DNA of 64,000 bases from an uncultured archaeon. GTDB taxonomy: Archaea > Thermoproteota > Nitrososphaeria > Nitrososphaerales > Gagatemarchaeaceae. Shown piece by piece: positions 28,035-37,556 of this stretch (the first letter of the stretch is position 1; every line of letters begins with the position of its first letter). Made by a program: the position numbers and the translations under genes. Location of the stretch: contig CAWFOU010000001.1 of NCBI GenBank assembly GCA_963817525.1, forward strand, positions 128,001-192,000. The letters run 5' to 3'. The notes beneath the pieces are model-generated. The model ran no database searches. It was given only the letters and a program-made list of their open reading frames with translations, and was not told the origin of the DNA.

Positions 28035-29627
28035 CTGAGGCCAAGACTAAGGAGGTTCCTCCTCGGAATGGGGGCCGGTGCTGTCGCGATGTCGATCTCG
28101 CTGTTCATCCGGCTCTTCTTCGGGGGAGTCTTCCTGCCGGAACTGGCAGTCGGGGCGCTGGTCACCAATACCCCTGGCTCGGTCGAGTCTGTGCTGGTGA
28201 CCAACCTCCAGTACCTTGCGAAGTACTCCGCCCTCACCGGCGCGGTCATCATCAACCTCCTGCTCTACGGCGCCATCGCGTCGCTCCTCTCCGGGGTGAG
28301 CGGGAGGAAGGACTATGGGGACCGCATATCGATCTACACCTTCTGCGCCTATGGCGTCCTCCTGCTCCTCACCATCGTCGCCCTTGCGTTGACGCAGATC
28401 GTCAGCTCGCCGCAACCACTTCCCACGGTGATCCTCACCCTCCTGCCTCCGCAGTTGGCGTACGGAGTCGTCCTGGCGGGCGGTGAGCGGTTCGCCCCCC
28501 TCCAGACGGGAGTCATCTGCGAGCCGCTAAAGCCGCCGACCCGGAGCTCTGGAGGGAAAGCGAAGCAGAAGTTCGACAGGAGGAGGCGCTTGATCATACA
28601 GGCCGGAGCCGCCACCGCCGTCGCAGGCGTCCTCCTGTACTATGGCGTGGGGCTCCTCTTCCCAAAGCCTGGCGTCAGCCAGGTGGACGCGGTCAGCGCG
28701 CTCGATGCTCAGGCCGTGACGGAAGTGACGCCCGTTGACAATTTCTACCGGGTCGACGTCAACATCTTCCCGCCGAACGTGGACTCGAGCACGTGGAGCC
28801 TCCCGATAACTGGTCTCGTCTCGAAGGACGTGACCCTGACCTACGAGTCGCTCATGGCCATGCCTCCGCAGAGCCAGTACAACACCCTCGAGTGCGTGAG
28901 CAACGACACCGACGGGGACCTGATCAGCACCGCCAAATGGACCGGCGTGAAGTTCAGCGACATCCTCTCTCAGGCCGGGGTTAGCGGGGACGCGACATAC
29001 GTGGTCTTCGAGGCGACGGACGGCTACAGCGTCGGGATACCGATGGCCAAGGCGATGGACCCCGGGACGATCCTGGCCTATCAGATTAACGGCGTGCCGC
29101 TCCCGGCGGAGCACGGTTACCCGGCCAGGATGATAGTCCCGGGCTACTACGGGATGATGAACTGCAAGTGGGTGACCGGCATCAAGGTCGTGGCAGAGAC
29201 CTATCAGGGGTACTGGCAGGTCAGAGGGTGGATCAACGAAGCCCAGTACGAGACCGGATCGTTCATCGTGACGCCCGGCACGGCTCAGGTCGCCGACCGC
29301 TTTGGGGTGGCCGGGGCGCCGAACGTCCCCCTGGGGATGGTCCCAGTGGCGGGCGTGGCCTTCGCGGGGGACAGGGGCATCGAAAAGGTCGAGGTGAGCA
29401 CCGACGGGGGGAACACCTGGAACCTGGCGAGCCTCCAAGATCCGCTCTCACAGTACACCTGGGTGCTCTGGACTGCAGACTGGAATCCCCCGGCCAAGGG
29501 CAATTACTCAATAACCGTTCGCGCTACCGACGGGACCGGAGCGGTGCAGACCGCTTCGATGGCAACCCCCTTCCCAGGAGGAGCGACGGGATACGCAATC
29601 GTCGACGTGGGCGTCACGTCGGGCTGA
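28035..29627 (+). CDS. Membrane-anchored sulfite-oxidase/MsrP-family molybdopterin oxidoreductase
   Basis: Motifs FYRVD, TLECVSN (Mo-ligand Cys), HGYPAR, KWV, GYWQ.RGW and VEVS.DGG.TW; N-terminal TMs and an internal RRR motif; start CTG 28035 or ATG 28068. Confidence 0.88.
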   Translation: MRPRLRRFLLGMGAGAVAMSISLFIRLFFGGVFLPELAVGALVTNTPGSVESVLVTNLQYLAKYSALTGAVIINLLLYGAIASLLSGVSGRKDYGDRISIYTFCAYGVLLLLTIVALALTQIVSSPQPLPTVILTLLPPQLAYGVVLAGGERFAPLQTGVICEPLKPPTRSSGGKAKQKFDRRRRLIIQAGAATAVAGVLLYYGVGLLFPKPGVSQVDAVSALDAQAVTEVTPVDNFYRVDVNIFPPNVDSSTWSLPITGLVSKDVTLTYESLMAMPPQSQYNTLECVSNDTDGDLISTAKWTGVKFSDILSQAGVSGDATYVVFEATDGYSVGIPMAKAMDPGTILAYQINGVPLPAEHGYPARMIVPGYYGMMNCKWVTGIKVVAETYQGYWQVRGWINEAQYETGSFIVTPGTAQVADRFGVAGAPNVPLGMVPVAGVAFAGDRGIEKVEVSTDGGNTWNLASLQDPLSQYTWVLWTADWNPPAKGNYSITVRATDGTGAVQTASMATPFPGGATGYAIVDVGVTSG

Positions 29628-29631
29628 CGGC

Positions 29632-29913
29632 CTACAGCGTTATCTTGAGGAGGACTGCCAGTCCCACGAACTCGAGCACCGACACCATCGAGAGGTAGGG
29701 CAATGCCTCCCTTCCAAAGAACGGCGCCATGGTCGCGTACGAGTAGACCGTGAGGAGACTGTTCGCCAGCAGGAGCAGGGCGAAAAACACCAGCCCGACG
29801 GAGTGGGACGCGCGGCTCCTTATCGCGATCCCTGCGAAGACCACTAGCAGGACGACTAGGAGCGCGGCGTTGAGCGCCGAGAAGACGATCGCAACCTCCA
29901 TCATCGGGTCCAT
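29632..29913 (-). CDS. Small 3-TM membrane protein
   Basis: Three hydrophobic helices; divergent from a wHTH regulator. Confidence 0.7.
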   Translation of the reverse strand: MDPMMEVAIVFSALNAALLVVLLVVFAGIAIRSRASHSVGLVFFALLLLANSLLTVYSYATMAPFFGREALPYLSMVSVLEFVGLAVLLKITL

Positions 29914-30011
29914 TCTTCTCTAATCTGGCGCGGAATCGCCCTCCGGAGTATTAAGCCTATTTCAGATTCTCCTCACTCACGGATAAATAGCGTCTGGGGA
30001 TTTCGGCGGTC

Positions 30012-30317
30012 GTGCCCGACAACGAGGACCTCCGCCGCCTCCTCTGGTACCTCCTGGGGGCGACCAGGGGCGGGGAGATGAGGGCACGGCTCATCCAGGC
30101 GCTGAGGGTCCAGCCGGGAAACATGAACCAGCTCGCGAAACGACTGGGCGTCGAGTACAGGACGATACAACACCACATCGAGGTCCTGAAGAAGAACTCA
30201 CTGGTGGACTCCACCGGAGAACACTACGGCCTGACCTACTTCTTGACGCCCTGGATGGAGGCGCACATAGAGGTCTTCGACGACCTCTGCCGGAAGCTCA
30301 AGTTCGAACTTGAGTGA
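30012..30317 (+). CDS. ArsR-like winged-helix transcriptional regulator
   Basis: Motifs LLWYLLGATRGG, N.NQLA..L...YRTIQHH...L and YG..YF. Confidence 0.85.
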   Translation: MPDNEDLRRLLWYLLGATRGGEMRARLIQALRVQPGNMNQLAKRLGVEYRTIQHHIEVLKKNSLVDSTGEHYGLTYFLTPWMEAHIEVFDDLCRKLKFELE

Positions 30318-30517
30318 GATCTCGAAGAGATGTGGGATCGAGATTGAAATACCGCTAATTGGAATTATTACCGCCCGGAGCCCTGCTGAATCTTCCCGGG
30401 TCAGAGCGACGGGCGGTCGGAGACGCGGCCTTCGCGGTCGTCGCCACGGCCTCCCTCGCCGCGTAGTCGCTTCCGCGACCGTCGAGCTTTAAGCGCCCGG
30501 GCGCACATCCCACGGCC

Positions 30518-32347
30518 TTGGACCCACTCCCCAGCCCCGAGGAGGTCGCGTACATCCTGAAGCGATACCTCTCGGTAAAGTCCGCGTACTCTCCCACGTT
30601 CTCCCCCGACGGGAAGACCCTCGCGTACCTCTCCGACCTTACCGGGGTCCCGCAGGTATGGACGACCGGGCTCGCCCCCGACAGCGCCCCGCAGCAGATC
30701 ACCCTGGAGGAGGAGAGGGTAGGCTTCGTGAGCTACGCCCCGAAGAGCGACAGGATGGCCTTCGGCGTGGACCGCGGAGGGAGCGAGCGATACCAGATCC
30801 ACATGCTCGAGGAAGGCGGGGACCGCGTCGTCAAGCTCACCGACGAGCCGAGCGTCATACACAACTGGGGGGACTGGTCTCCCGACGAGAACTCCATCAC
30901 CTTCTCGTCCAACGCGAGGAGCCAGCAGTACTTTGACATCTACGTGCAGGACCTGGGAGACCGCTCGAAGGAGCTCGTCTACGAGTACGACGGCAACGCC
31001 TACCCGGTCACGTGGAGCCCTGACGGCTCCAAGATCCTGTTCGAGGTCGCCCATGCCCCATTCGACCACGATCTGTTCCTCTTGGAGCTGGACGACAGGA
31101 GCGCCGACCCCCTCACCCAGCACGCCGGGGAGGCTGCCTTCTACTCGCCCATCTTCGACGAATCGGGGAGGTTCCTCTATTGCCTCACGGACAGGGACAA
31201 GGAGTTCTCGGCCGTGGCTAGGATCGACGTCGCCTCTCACGAGCTGGAGTACATCTACGCGGAGGACTGGGACGTCGAAGGGCTCTCGTCGACGAAGGAC
31301 AAGAGGACCTTCGCCTTCACCGTCAACGAGGGCGGCGCGTCCAGGCTGATGCTCTGGGACATCCCGAACAAGCTCCAGAAGGAGGTGCCCCTCCCCTCGG
31401 GAGTGGTGGGAGGGCTCGACTGGTCGAACGACGGCAGGAGGCTCGCCTTCTCCCTCTCCTCCTCGTCCTCGAACTCCGACCTCTGGGTGTTCGAGCTAGA
31501 GGACAGGACGACGCTGCGGGGGAGCCTCTCCAGGGTCACTACATCCTCGACCTGCGGGATACCGGCATCGAGCTTCGTGGGGCCAGAGCTCGTCAGGACC
31601 AGGTCGTTCGACGAGCTCGAGGTCCCCTCGTTCCTCTACCTTCCGAAGACGGCGGCCGCACAGTTCCCTCTCATAGTCTACCTCCACGGCGGGCCAGAGT
31701 CACAGTTCCGGCCCGGCTTCAGCCCTCTCCTCCAGTTCTTCCTGAAGCTCGGATTCGCAGTCCTAGCCACCAACTTCAGGGGCAGCACGGGATACGGCAG
31801 GAAGTACACCCACCTCGACGACGTGAAAGGGAGGATGGACACGGTAAGCGACGCAGAGTACGCGCTCCGCCACGTCCTGGGCAAGTACCCTGTCGACAAG
31901 GAGAAGGTGGCAGCTTGGGGAGGGAGCTACGGGGGCTTCATGGTCCTCGCCTGCCTATACTCGAACCCTGGGATGTGGGCGGCAGGCGTGGACATAGTGG
32001 GGATATCCAACTTCGTCACCTTCCTGAAGAACACAGGCGCGTGGAGGCGGAAGCTCAGGGTGGCGGAGTACGGGGACCCCGAGAAGGACAAGGAGTTCCT
32101 GGAGAGCATATCTCCTAGCAACAACGCCGAGCGCATAAAGTCGCCCCTCTTCATCATCCACGGGACCAACGACCCTCGGGTCCCCGTCGGCGAGGCGGAG
32201 CAGATCGCCGAGACGCTGAAGAGGCACGGTACCGAGGTCCACCTCATGAAGTTCGAGGACGAGGGCCATGGGCTGGTCAAGCTGAAGAACAGGATCGCCG
32301 GCTATTCGGCGGCGGTCGAGTTCCTGATGCGGCACTTGTCTGGCTAG
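30518..32347 (+). CDS. S9 prolyl oligopeptidase/acylaminoacyl peptidase
   Basis: Beta-propeller (SPDG repeats) plus HGGP, GGSYGG, D.RV and EGH catalytic motifs. Confidence 0.93.
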   Translation: MDPLPSPEEVAYILKRYLSVKSAYSPTFSPDGKTLAYLSDLTGVPQVWTTGLAPDSAPQQITLEEERVGFVSYAPKSDRMAFGVDRGGSERYQIHMLEEGGDRVVKLTDEPSVIHNWGDWSPDENSITFSSNARSQQYFDIYVQDLGDRSKELVYEYDGNAYPVTWSPDGSKILFEVAHAPFDHDLFLLELDDRSADPLTQHAGEAAFYSPIFDESGRFLYCLTDRDKEFSAVARIDVASHELEYIYAEDWDVEGLSSTKDKRTFAFTVNEGGASRLMLWDIPNKLQKEVPLPSGVVGGLDWSNDGRRLAFSLSSSSSNSDLWVFELEDRTTLRGSLSRVTTSSTCGIPASSFVGPELVRTRSFDELEVPSFLYLPKTAAAQFPLIVYLHGGPESQFRPGFSPLLQFFLKLGFAVLATNFRGSTGYGRKYTHLDDVKGRMDTVSDAEYALRHVLGKYPVDKEKVAAWGGSYGGFMVLACLYSNPGMWAAGVDIVGISNFVTFLKNTGAWRRKLRVAEYGDPEKDKEFLESISPSNNAERIKSPLFIIHGTNDPRVPVGEAEQIAETLKRHGTEVHLMKFEDEGHGLVKLKNRIAGYSAAVEFLMRHLSG

Positions 32348-33795
32348 CCGCCCCGCCTCGTCCATGAGAGGCTCGGGCCGGCCCCTGCTCTTCCCCACCC
32401 TGCCTTCCTGTACACCAGCGAGATCGCGACCAGCGCCGTCAATAGGACGGGGACCACGGCCCAGCCCGGGAACTCCGGAGCGGGAGTCGCGGTGGTCGAG
32501 CAGGAAGTCACCGCGGGGCTGCCGACGAAGTTGCCTGCCCCGTCGATCACCCCGCCGCAGGCGTTAGTGAGGGTCCCGGAGTTGGATATCTCCCCGGAGT
32601 TCGAGATCGTCCGCCAGTTGGTGATCGAGGCGCCGTTGTTGTTGTCGATGTAGCCCGACGTGATGATGCTCAAGGAGTTGTTGATGGAGCCGAAGTTGTC
32701 GATGGTCCCGAGGTTCGAGACCGTGCCCAAGTTGTCAAAGGCCCCGATGTTCAGGGTGGTCCCCAGCGCGTCGTTGAAGAAGACGCCAGAGTTCACGGTC
32801 GTCCCCTCGTTTGTGAAGTTTCCCAGCTGGGGGCGTCGGGGATTGAGATTGCTGTTGCCGAGGTTCCCCCGGTTGTCTATCGTGCCGGCCGGGGTGTTGA
32901 GGAGGAGCCCGTCGCTGCTGAGCGTCCCGCACGAGGCCAGGAGGCACCCGATGAGGACCGTCACCGTGCCCGAGTTGCTGAGGGTGCCGTTGTTGCTGAT
33001 GTACGAGACGTCGGTCAGGCTGCCGTCGTTTTCGAAGAACCCTCCGTTGTTGATCACGCTGAACACGTTCTGCTGCTCGGAGATCGTTCCTAGGTTGGTG
33101 ATCGTCCCGGTGCTGTTGAAGGTCCCGCCGTCGTCGGTGACCACCCCGCCCACGAGATTGGTGAAGTTCCCCGCGTTCTTCGTCAGCGGTGCGCTGAACT
33201 TTCCCGTGTTGAACGTCGCCGAGGCCAGGGTGACGTTCCCAGAGTTGGTGAACGAGGCCTTTGCTGTGTTGGTCAGGTTTCCATAGCTGAGGAGCATGCC
33301 GCCGTTGGAGAACACCCCAGAGTTCGTGAAGTTGAAGCTACCGACGCGGACGGAGAGCTCCGCGGGGTGTTCGACCGTGATGTTCCCCGTGGGGTAGTTG
33401 GTCATCGAGCCCTCGTTGAAGATCGTCCCGTTGCTGACGTAGGCAGTGATGGCGCCAGAGTTGACGACGTTGCCCCCCACGTCGTTAGCGATCGTGCCGT
33501 AGTCCCCGATGACGCCGTCGTTGGTGAGCGTGACACCAGCCGCGACGACGAGGATCGCCGCCGGGTCGACCGTGAGCGAATCCCCCGAGCCGAGGGTCAG
33601 GTCGCTCGCCAGGACACACGTGTCTGGGGCGGTGAAGCTTCCGCCCATGCTCGCGCAGACGCTGCCGACGTCAGGTTCGTTGGGGTTCAGGACGTAGGAG
33701 GCGGCCGCAAGCGAGGCCTGCGAGGACGAGAGCAGCAGCGCGCAGAGGGCGATCGCGAGGGAGATCGATAGGGCGGCCTTCTTGCCGGATTTCAA
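32344..33795 (-). CDS. Asn/Gly/Thr-rich beta-solenoid surface protein with a PEF-CTERM-like tail
   Basis: Signal peptide after TTG 33795; many xNxG repeats; tail TTATPAPEFP-TM-RK. Confidence 0.78.
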   Translation of the reverse strand: MKSGKKAALSISLAIALCALLLSSSQASLAAASYVLNPNEPDVGSVCASMGGSFTAPDTCVLASDLTLGSGDSLTVDPAAILVVAAGVTLTNDGVIGDYGTIANDVGGNVVNSGAITAYVSNGTIFNEGSMTNYPTGNITVEHPAELSVRVGSFNFTNSGVFSNGGMLLSYGNLTNTAKASFTNSGNVTLASATFNTGKFSAPLTKNAGNFTNLVGGVVTDDGGTFNSTGTITNLGTISEQQNVFSVINNGGFFENDGSLTDVSYISNNGTLSNSGTVTVLIGCLLASCGTLSSDGLLLNTPAGTIDNRGNLGNSNLNPRRPQLGNFTNEGTTVNSGVFFNDALGTTLNIGAFDNLGTVSNLGTIDNFGSINNSLSIITSGYIDNNNGASITNWRTISNSGEISNSGTLTNACGGVIDGAGNFVGSPAVTSCSTTATPAPEFPGWAVVPVLLTALVAISLVYRKAGWGRAGAGPSLSWTRRGG

Positions 33796-34005
33796 AGGGG
33801 CGGTCTCCCGAAGACCATAGGGGCGTCTATCGGAAAGATTCCGGGCAATTCTACATTCCTCACCAGATGCCGCATCCCGCATAGTTAAGCGTTAGACGGC
33901 CGCGCCGACCACCCGCCGGGGAGAAGGGCGAGCGCAAGGTTGATTTTCGGGCCGCGCGGGTCATCGTGATGTGCCGAGGAGACTGCTGGGTCTTGTGAGC
34001 TGGCC

Positions 34006-35214
34006 TTGAGGACGCGCCTCCGATATCTCCTCTCCTTGCCGCTGCTCGCCCTGCTCGTCCTTGCGCCCGTGGGCCAAGCCGGCGCGGCCTCCCTGGGGCA
34101 GTGGACGCCCACCACCAGCTACCCGATCGGCGTCGGGGGTGACTCCTGCGTCACCTACTCGGGCTATGTCTACTGCGTCGGCGGCTTCGACGCGAACGGG
34201 AACGACTACGACGACGTCTACTACGCACAGCTGTCCCCGTCGGGAATTGGAAGCTGGACCGCGGCGACTCCGTACCCGGCCAAGGTCGACAGCGCCGCCT
34301 GCTTCGCCGAAGCTTCCACCATCTACTGCGTGGGAGGCGAGAGCTCGACTACCGTCTTCGACAACGTCTACAGCGCGTCGATCTCTCCATCGGGCCTTGG
34401 GGGATGGTCGAGCGACGCCTCCTACCCCCGGGCCGTGGCCGGCGAGTCCTGCGTCACCTATTCGGGCTATGTCTACTGCGTGGGAGGCTTCAACACGAGC
34501 GGCGAAGGTTCGGCCGCGACGTACTATGCCTCGATCTCCTCTGGCCCGACCGCGTGGACCAGCACTACGCCTTACCCGTTCAACATCTACACCGTGCCTT
34601 GCGTGGCGCAGGCGAACTACATCTACTGCGTCGCCGGCCAACAGGAGAACACTGTAGGTGGTACGGGGGCCAACACCAACTACCCGACAGCCCAGGTCTA
34701 CTACGCCCAGCTGTCTTCCTCGGGGATAGGAACCTGGTCCGCCTCGCCGGCCTTTCCGCAGGCCCTGGCCTCGCCGTCCTGCGTCGCGTATTCCAGCGAA
34801 GTCTTCTGCCTCGGTGGCTACGGGGTATCCCAATTCAGCAACAGTAACGCGTACTACAGCTCGATCCTGCCGTTCGGCCTTGCTCCCTGGAATGCCACGA
34901 CCCCGTACCCCATCCCGTTCGACCTGAGCTCCTGCGTCTCGGACTACTCGGACATCTACTGCATAGGCGGCAGGTCTTATAGCACGAGCGGCCTCTCGAT
35001 GCTGAGCTCCGACTACTACGCCGCTCTCACTCCTTCGGGACCCAACGCCACTTCGAGTTCCAGCTCTTCAGCCACGGTTTCCTCGACTTCATCCTCGAGC
35101 TCGACCGTGCCTGAATTCCCCACGGCCGCTGCCCTGCCCCTCGTCCTGGCGACGTGCATGGTAATAGTCGCCGTGCTAGCTCGCAGGAATTCTGCGCGCC
35201 CGAGCGACGCCTAG
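34006..35214 (+). CDS. Kelch-like Cys-paired beta-propeller surface protein with a PEF-CTERM-like tail
   Basis: Signal peptide; six W....YP......C.......YC.GG repeats; Ser-rich linker; VPEFP-TM-RR tail. Confidence 0.85.
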   Translation: MRTRLRYLLSLPLLALLVLAPVGQAGAASLGQWTPTTSYPIGVGGDSCVTYSGYVYCVGGFDANGNDYDDVYYAQLSPSGIGSWTAATPYPAKVDSAACFAEASTIYCVGGESSTTVFDNVYSASISPSGLGGWSSDASYPRAVAGESCVTYSGYVYCVGGFNTSGEGSAATYYASISSGPTAWTSTTPYPFNIYTVPCVAQANYIYCVAGQQENTVGGTGANTNYPTAQVYYAQLSSSGIGTWSASPAFPQALASPSCVAYSSEVFCLGGYGVSQFSNSNAYYSSILPFGLAPWNATTPYPIPFDLSSCVSDYSDIYCIGGRSYSTSGLSMLSSDYYAALTPSGPNATSSSSSSATVSSTSSSSSTVPEFPTAAALPLVLATCMVIVAVLARRNSARPSDA

Positions 35215-35230
35215 AGGTGTCGCGGTCCCG

Positions 35231-36010
35231 TCACTTGGGCGTCGGCTGGTGCTGGTCCGGCCCTACGGTCGTCGCTTGCGGCGTCGGCCTGTTGGCGTAC
35301 CTGTAAACGACGAACACGTAGACGAGGAACACTGGGAGGACGAGGAGGTCTGTTAGATTCGTCGGGCTCGTCAGGATGGACACCAAGGTCTTACTCTCAG
35401 TCACCTGGCGCGACAGAGGCACGAAAAGGAGCCCGCTGTACGACAGCACCTCGGAGACCGCCCAAACCGTCGGGAACGAGAGGAGGAGCGAGGAGACGAC
35501 CACCTTCATGTTTGCCTGCTTGACCTTCCGCACTTGGTTCTTGAGCGCGTAGGTGGCCGCGACCACAACGATTATCGCCAGTACCATGCCTATCACCGTC
35601 GAGTCGTAGTCTATCGGGAGCAGGCCGACGAGGACGATGGACGCCTCGAACGCCTCGATCGCCCCCACCGAGAACCCCGTTGACATCACGCCCTTCTCGA
35701 AGTGGTCTGAGGCGACCTTGTTCTTCCTGGCGTTCAGGACCGAGCGCCTAGCGCTCTTGATGAGCCGCTGCCCAAAATAGAGGAGAAGGACCCCGCCGAT
35801 CAGCTTCACGTCCAGTATGGGTAGGCGGGTGAAGGCCGCGCCGATCACGAAAAGGGGGATGAATACCGCCGCGACCCCCAGCGCGACGTAGAAGAATGCG
35901 GCTGGCCGCCTCGACTCTCCGTAGAGCGCGAGCCCGACCGCGGAGGCCTCGACCATCTCTAGCATCGTTATCCCGAGAGCGGCGAAGAGTATGGCTGGGT
36001 CGAGATTCGT
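35231..36010 (-). CDS. COG4280/GDT1-like membrane protein with duplicated ExxE motifs (possible cation transporter)
   Basis: LEMVEAS and IEAFEAS repeats, 6-7 TMs; start inferred at ACG 36010 (first ATG is 35965). Confidence 0.65.
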   Translation of the reverse strand, partial: TNLDPAILFAALGITMLEMVEASAVGLALYGESRRPAAFFYVALGVAAVFIPLFVIGAAFTRLPILDVKLIGGVLLLYFGQRLIKSARRSVLNARKNKVASDHFEKGVMSTGFSVGAIEAFEASIVLVGLLPIDYDSTVIGMVLAIIVVVAATYALKNQVRKVKQANMKVVVSSLLLSFPTVWAVSEVLSYSGLLFVPLSRQVTESKTLVSILTSPTNLTDLLVLPVFLVYVFVVYRYANRPTPQATTVGPDQHQPTPK

Positions 36011-36180
36011 GTGTCTAGCTCACCTTCCCGTCGGGCGGTCTCGATTGCCTCCGCCCTATTCAATGTTGAAGCTAGGACCTGCCCGCATTCTCTTGTCAAC
36101 CCGCCGCGCCCGCGTTCATCGTTGCCTAGGGGCTGGTCCAGCGAACTCCTGAAGTCAAGGTCGCGCCCGAGGCTCGCGCC

Positions 36181-37028
36181 ATGGCAAAGACGAAGGGGCG
36201 GCGCGTCAGGGGCGCCTACGCCTCGCGGTGAACGGCCTGAAGGTCTACTATGAGGTGCGAGGTACGGGGAAACCCCTCGTCCTGCTCCACGGAGGCGCGG
36301 GAGCTGCGGAGATGTTCGAGGCGATCATGCCGATTCTCTCGAAGGGTCGACGCGTGGTCGCCGCAGAGCTGCAGGCCCACGGGCACACCGCGGACATAGA
36401 CAGGCCCCTGAGTTACGAGCTCATGGCGGACGACATCGCCGCGCTCGTCACGCACCTCGGGCTGGGCAAGGTCGACCTGATGGGATACTCCTTGGGCGGA
36501 GGGGTTGCGCTGCGGACGGCCATCCAGCACCCGGAGGTCGTGAACAGGCTCGTGCTCGTCTCTTGCGCCTTCAGGCGGGAAGGATGGTATCCCGAGATCC
36601 TGGCCGCGATGGCAAGCAGCGGCCCGGAGTCGGCCGAGGGGCTAAAGCAGACCCCCACGTACAAGGTCTACGAGAGGATCGCGCCGAGAGTCGAAGACTG
36701 GCCGATTTTGATGACGAAACTTGGGGACATGCTGCGGAGGGACTACGACTGGTCCGAGGAGGTTGCCAAGATCAATGCCCCAGTGTTGCTGGCGTTCGGG
36801 GACTCTGACAGCGTTCGCCCCTCCCACGCCGTCGAGTTCTTCGAGCTTTTGGGCGGCGGAAAGAGGGACGGGGGCTGGGACGGCTCAGGCGTGCCGGACT
36901 CGCGCCTGCTCATCCTCCCAGGCACCACGTACTACAACAGCTTCTCCTCCGGGGTGATGGCTGCGGAGGCGGCCGATTTCCTGGCGTCGCCTGTCCGGGG
37001 CAGGATGTCCGGGGCGCACCGAGGGTGA
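36181..37028 (+). CDS. Alpha/beta hydrolase with an N-terminal frameshift (possible pseudogene or re-initiation at GTG 36228)
   Basis: Motifs LLHGG, GYSLGG and GDSD; the ATG 36181 frame reads ...GAYAS then stops, while VNGLKVYYE continues in another frame. Confidence 0.75.
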
Positions 37029-37036
37029 TGAGAGGG

Positions 37037-37453
37037 ATGGACATCAAGAGAAGCGGCTCGCAGCCCTCGACAAGGGGGTCGGCGGATTATTTCACGGGGA
37101 CCGTGCGGATCGACCCCCTCTTCCAGACGGAAGACCCCGCGAGGGTGGCCGGCGCGAGCGTCACATTTGAGCCAGGCGCTCGCACCGCCTGGCACACGCA
37201 CCCGCTCGGTCAGACCTTGGTCGTGACGGCGGGCTGCGGTCTGGTGCAGCGCTGGGGCGGCCAGATCGAGGAGATCCGGCCTGGCGACTTGGTCCTGATC
37301 CCACCGGGCGAAAAGCACTGGCACGGCGCCACAGCGACGGTCGCCATGACGCACATCGCGATTCAGGAACGGCTTGGCGGCAGGATTGCGGACTGGATGG
37401 AGAAGGTCACCGAGGACCAGTATCAAGGGACACCTCAGACCAATCGGACCTGA
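37037..37453 (+). CDS. Cupin-domain protein
   Basis: Motifs [23 protein letters not shown] and MTHIAI. Confidence 0.9.
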   Translation: MDIKRSGSQPSTRGSADYFTGTVRIDPLFQTEDPARVAGASVTFEPGARTAWHTHPLGQTLVVTAGCGLVQRWGGQIEEIRPGDLVLIPPGEKHWHGATATVAMTHIAIQERLGGRIADWMEKVTEDQYQGTPQTNRT

Positions 37454-37474
37454 GGCAGGACGCGGCGCGAGTGG

Positions 37475-37512
37475 TGCGGGGGGGGGGCACATCGCACTTT
37501 AGGTTCAAATCG
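37475..37512. repeat. Cassette boundary repeat A (tRNA 3'-end copy plus CATCGCACTTTAGGTTCAAATCG)
   Basis: 23-mer at 37490-37512 is identical to 38158-38180. Confidence 0.9.
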
Positions 37513-37556
37513 CAACCTCTAGAGGAAAAGATGAGGTCCACAGCTGGCGCGATTTC

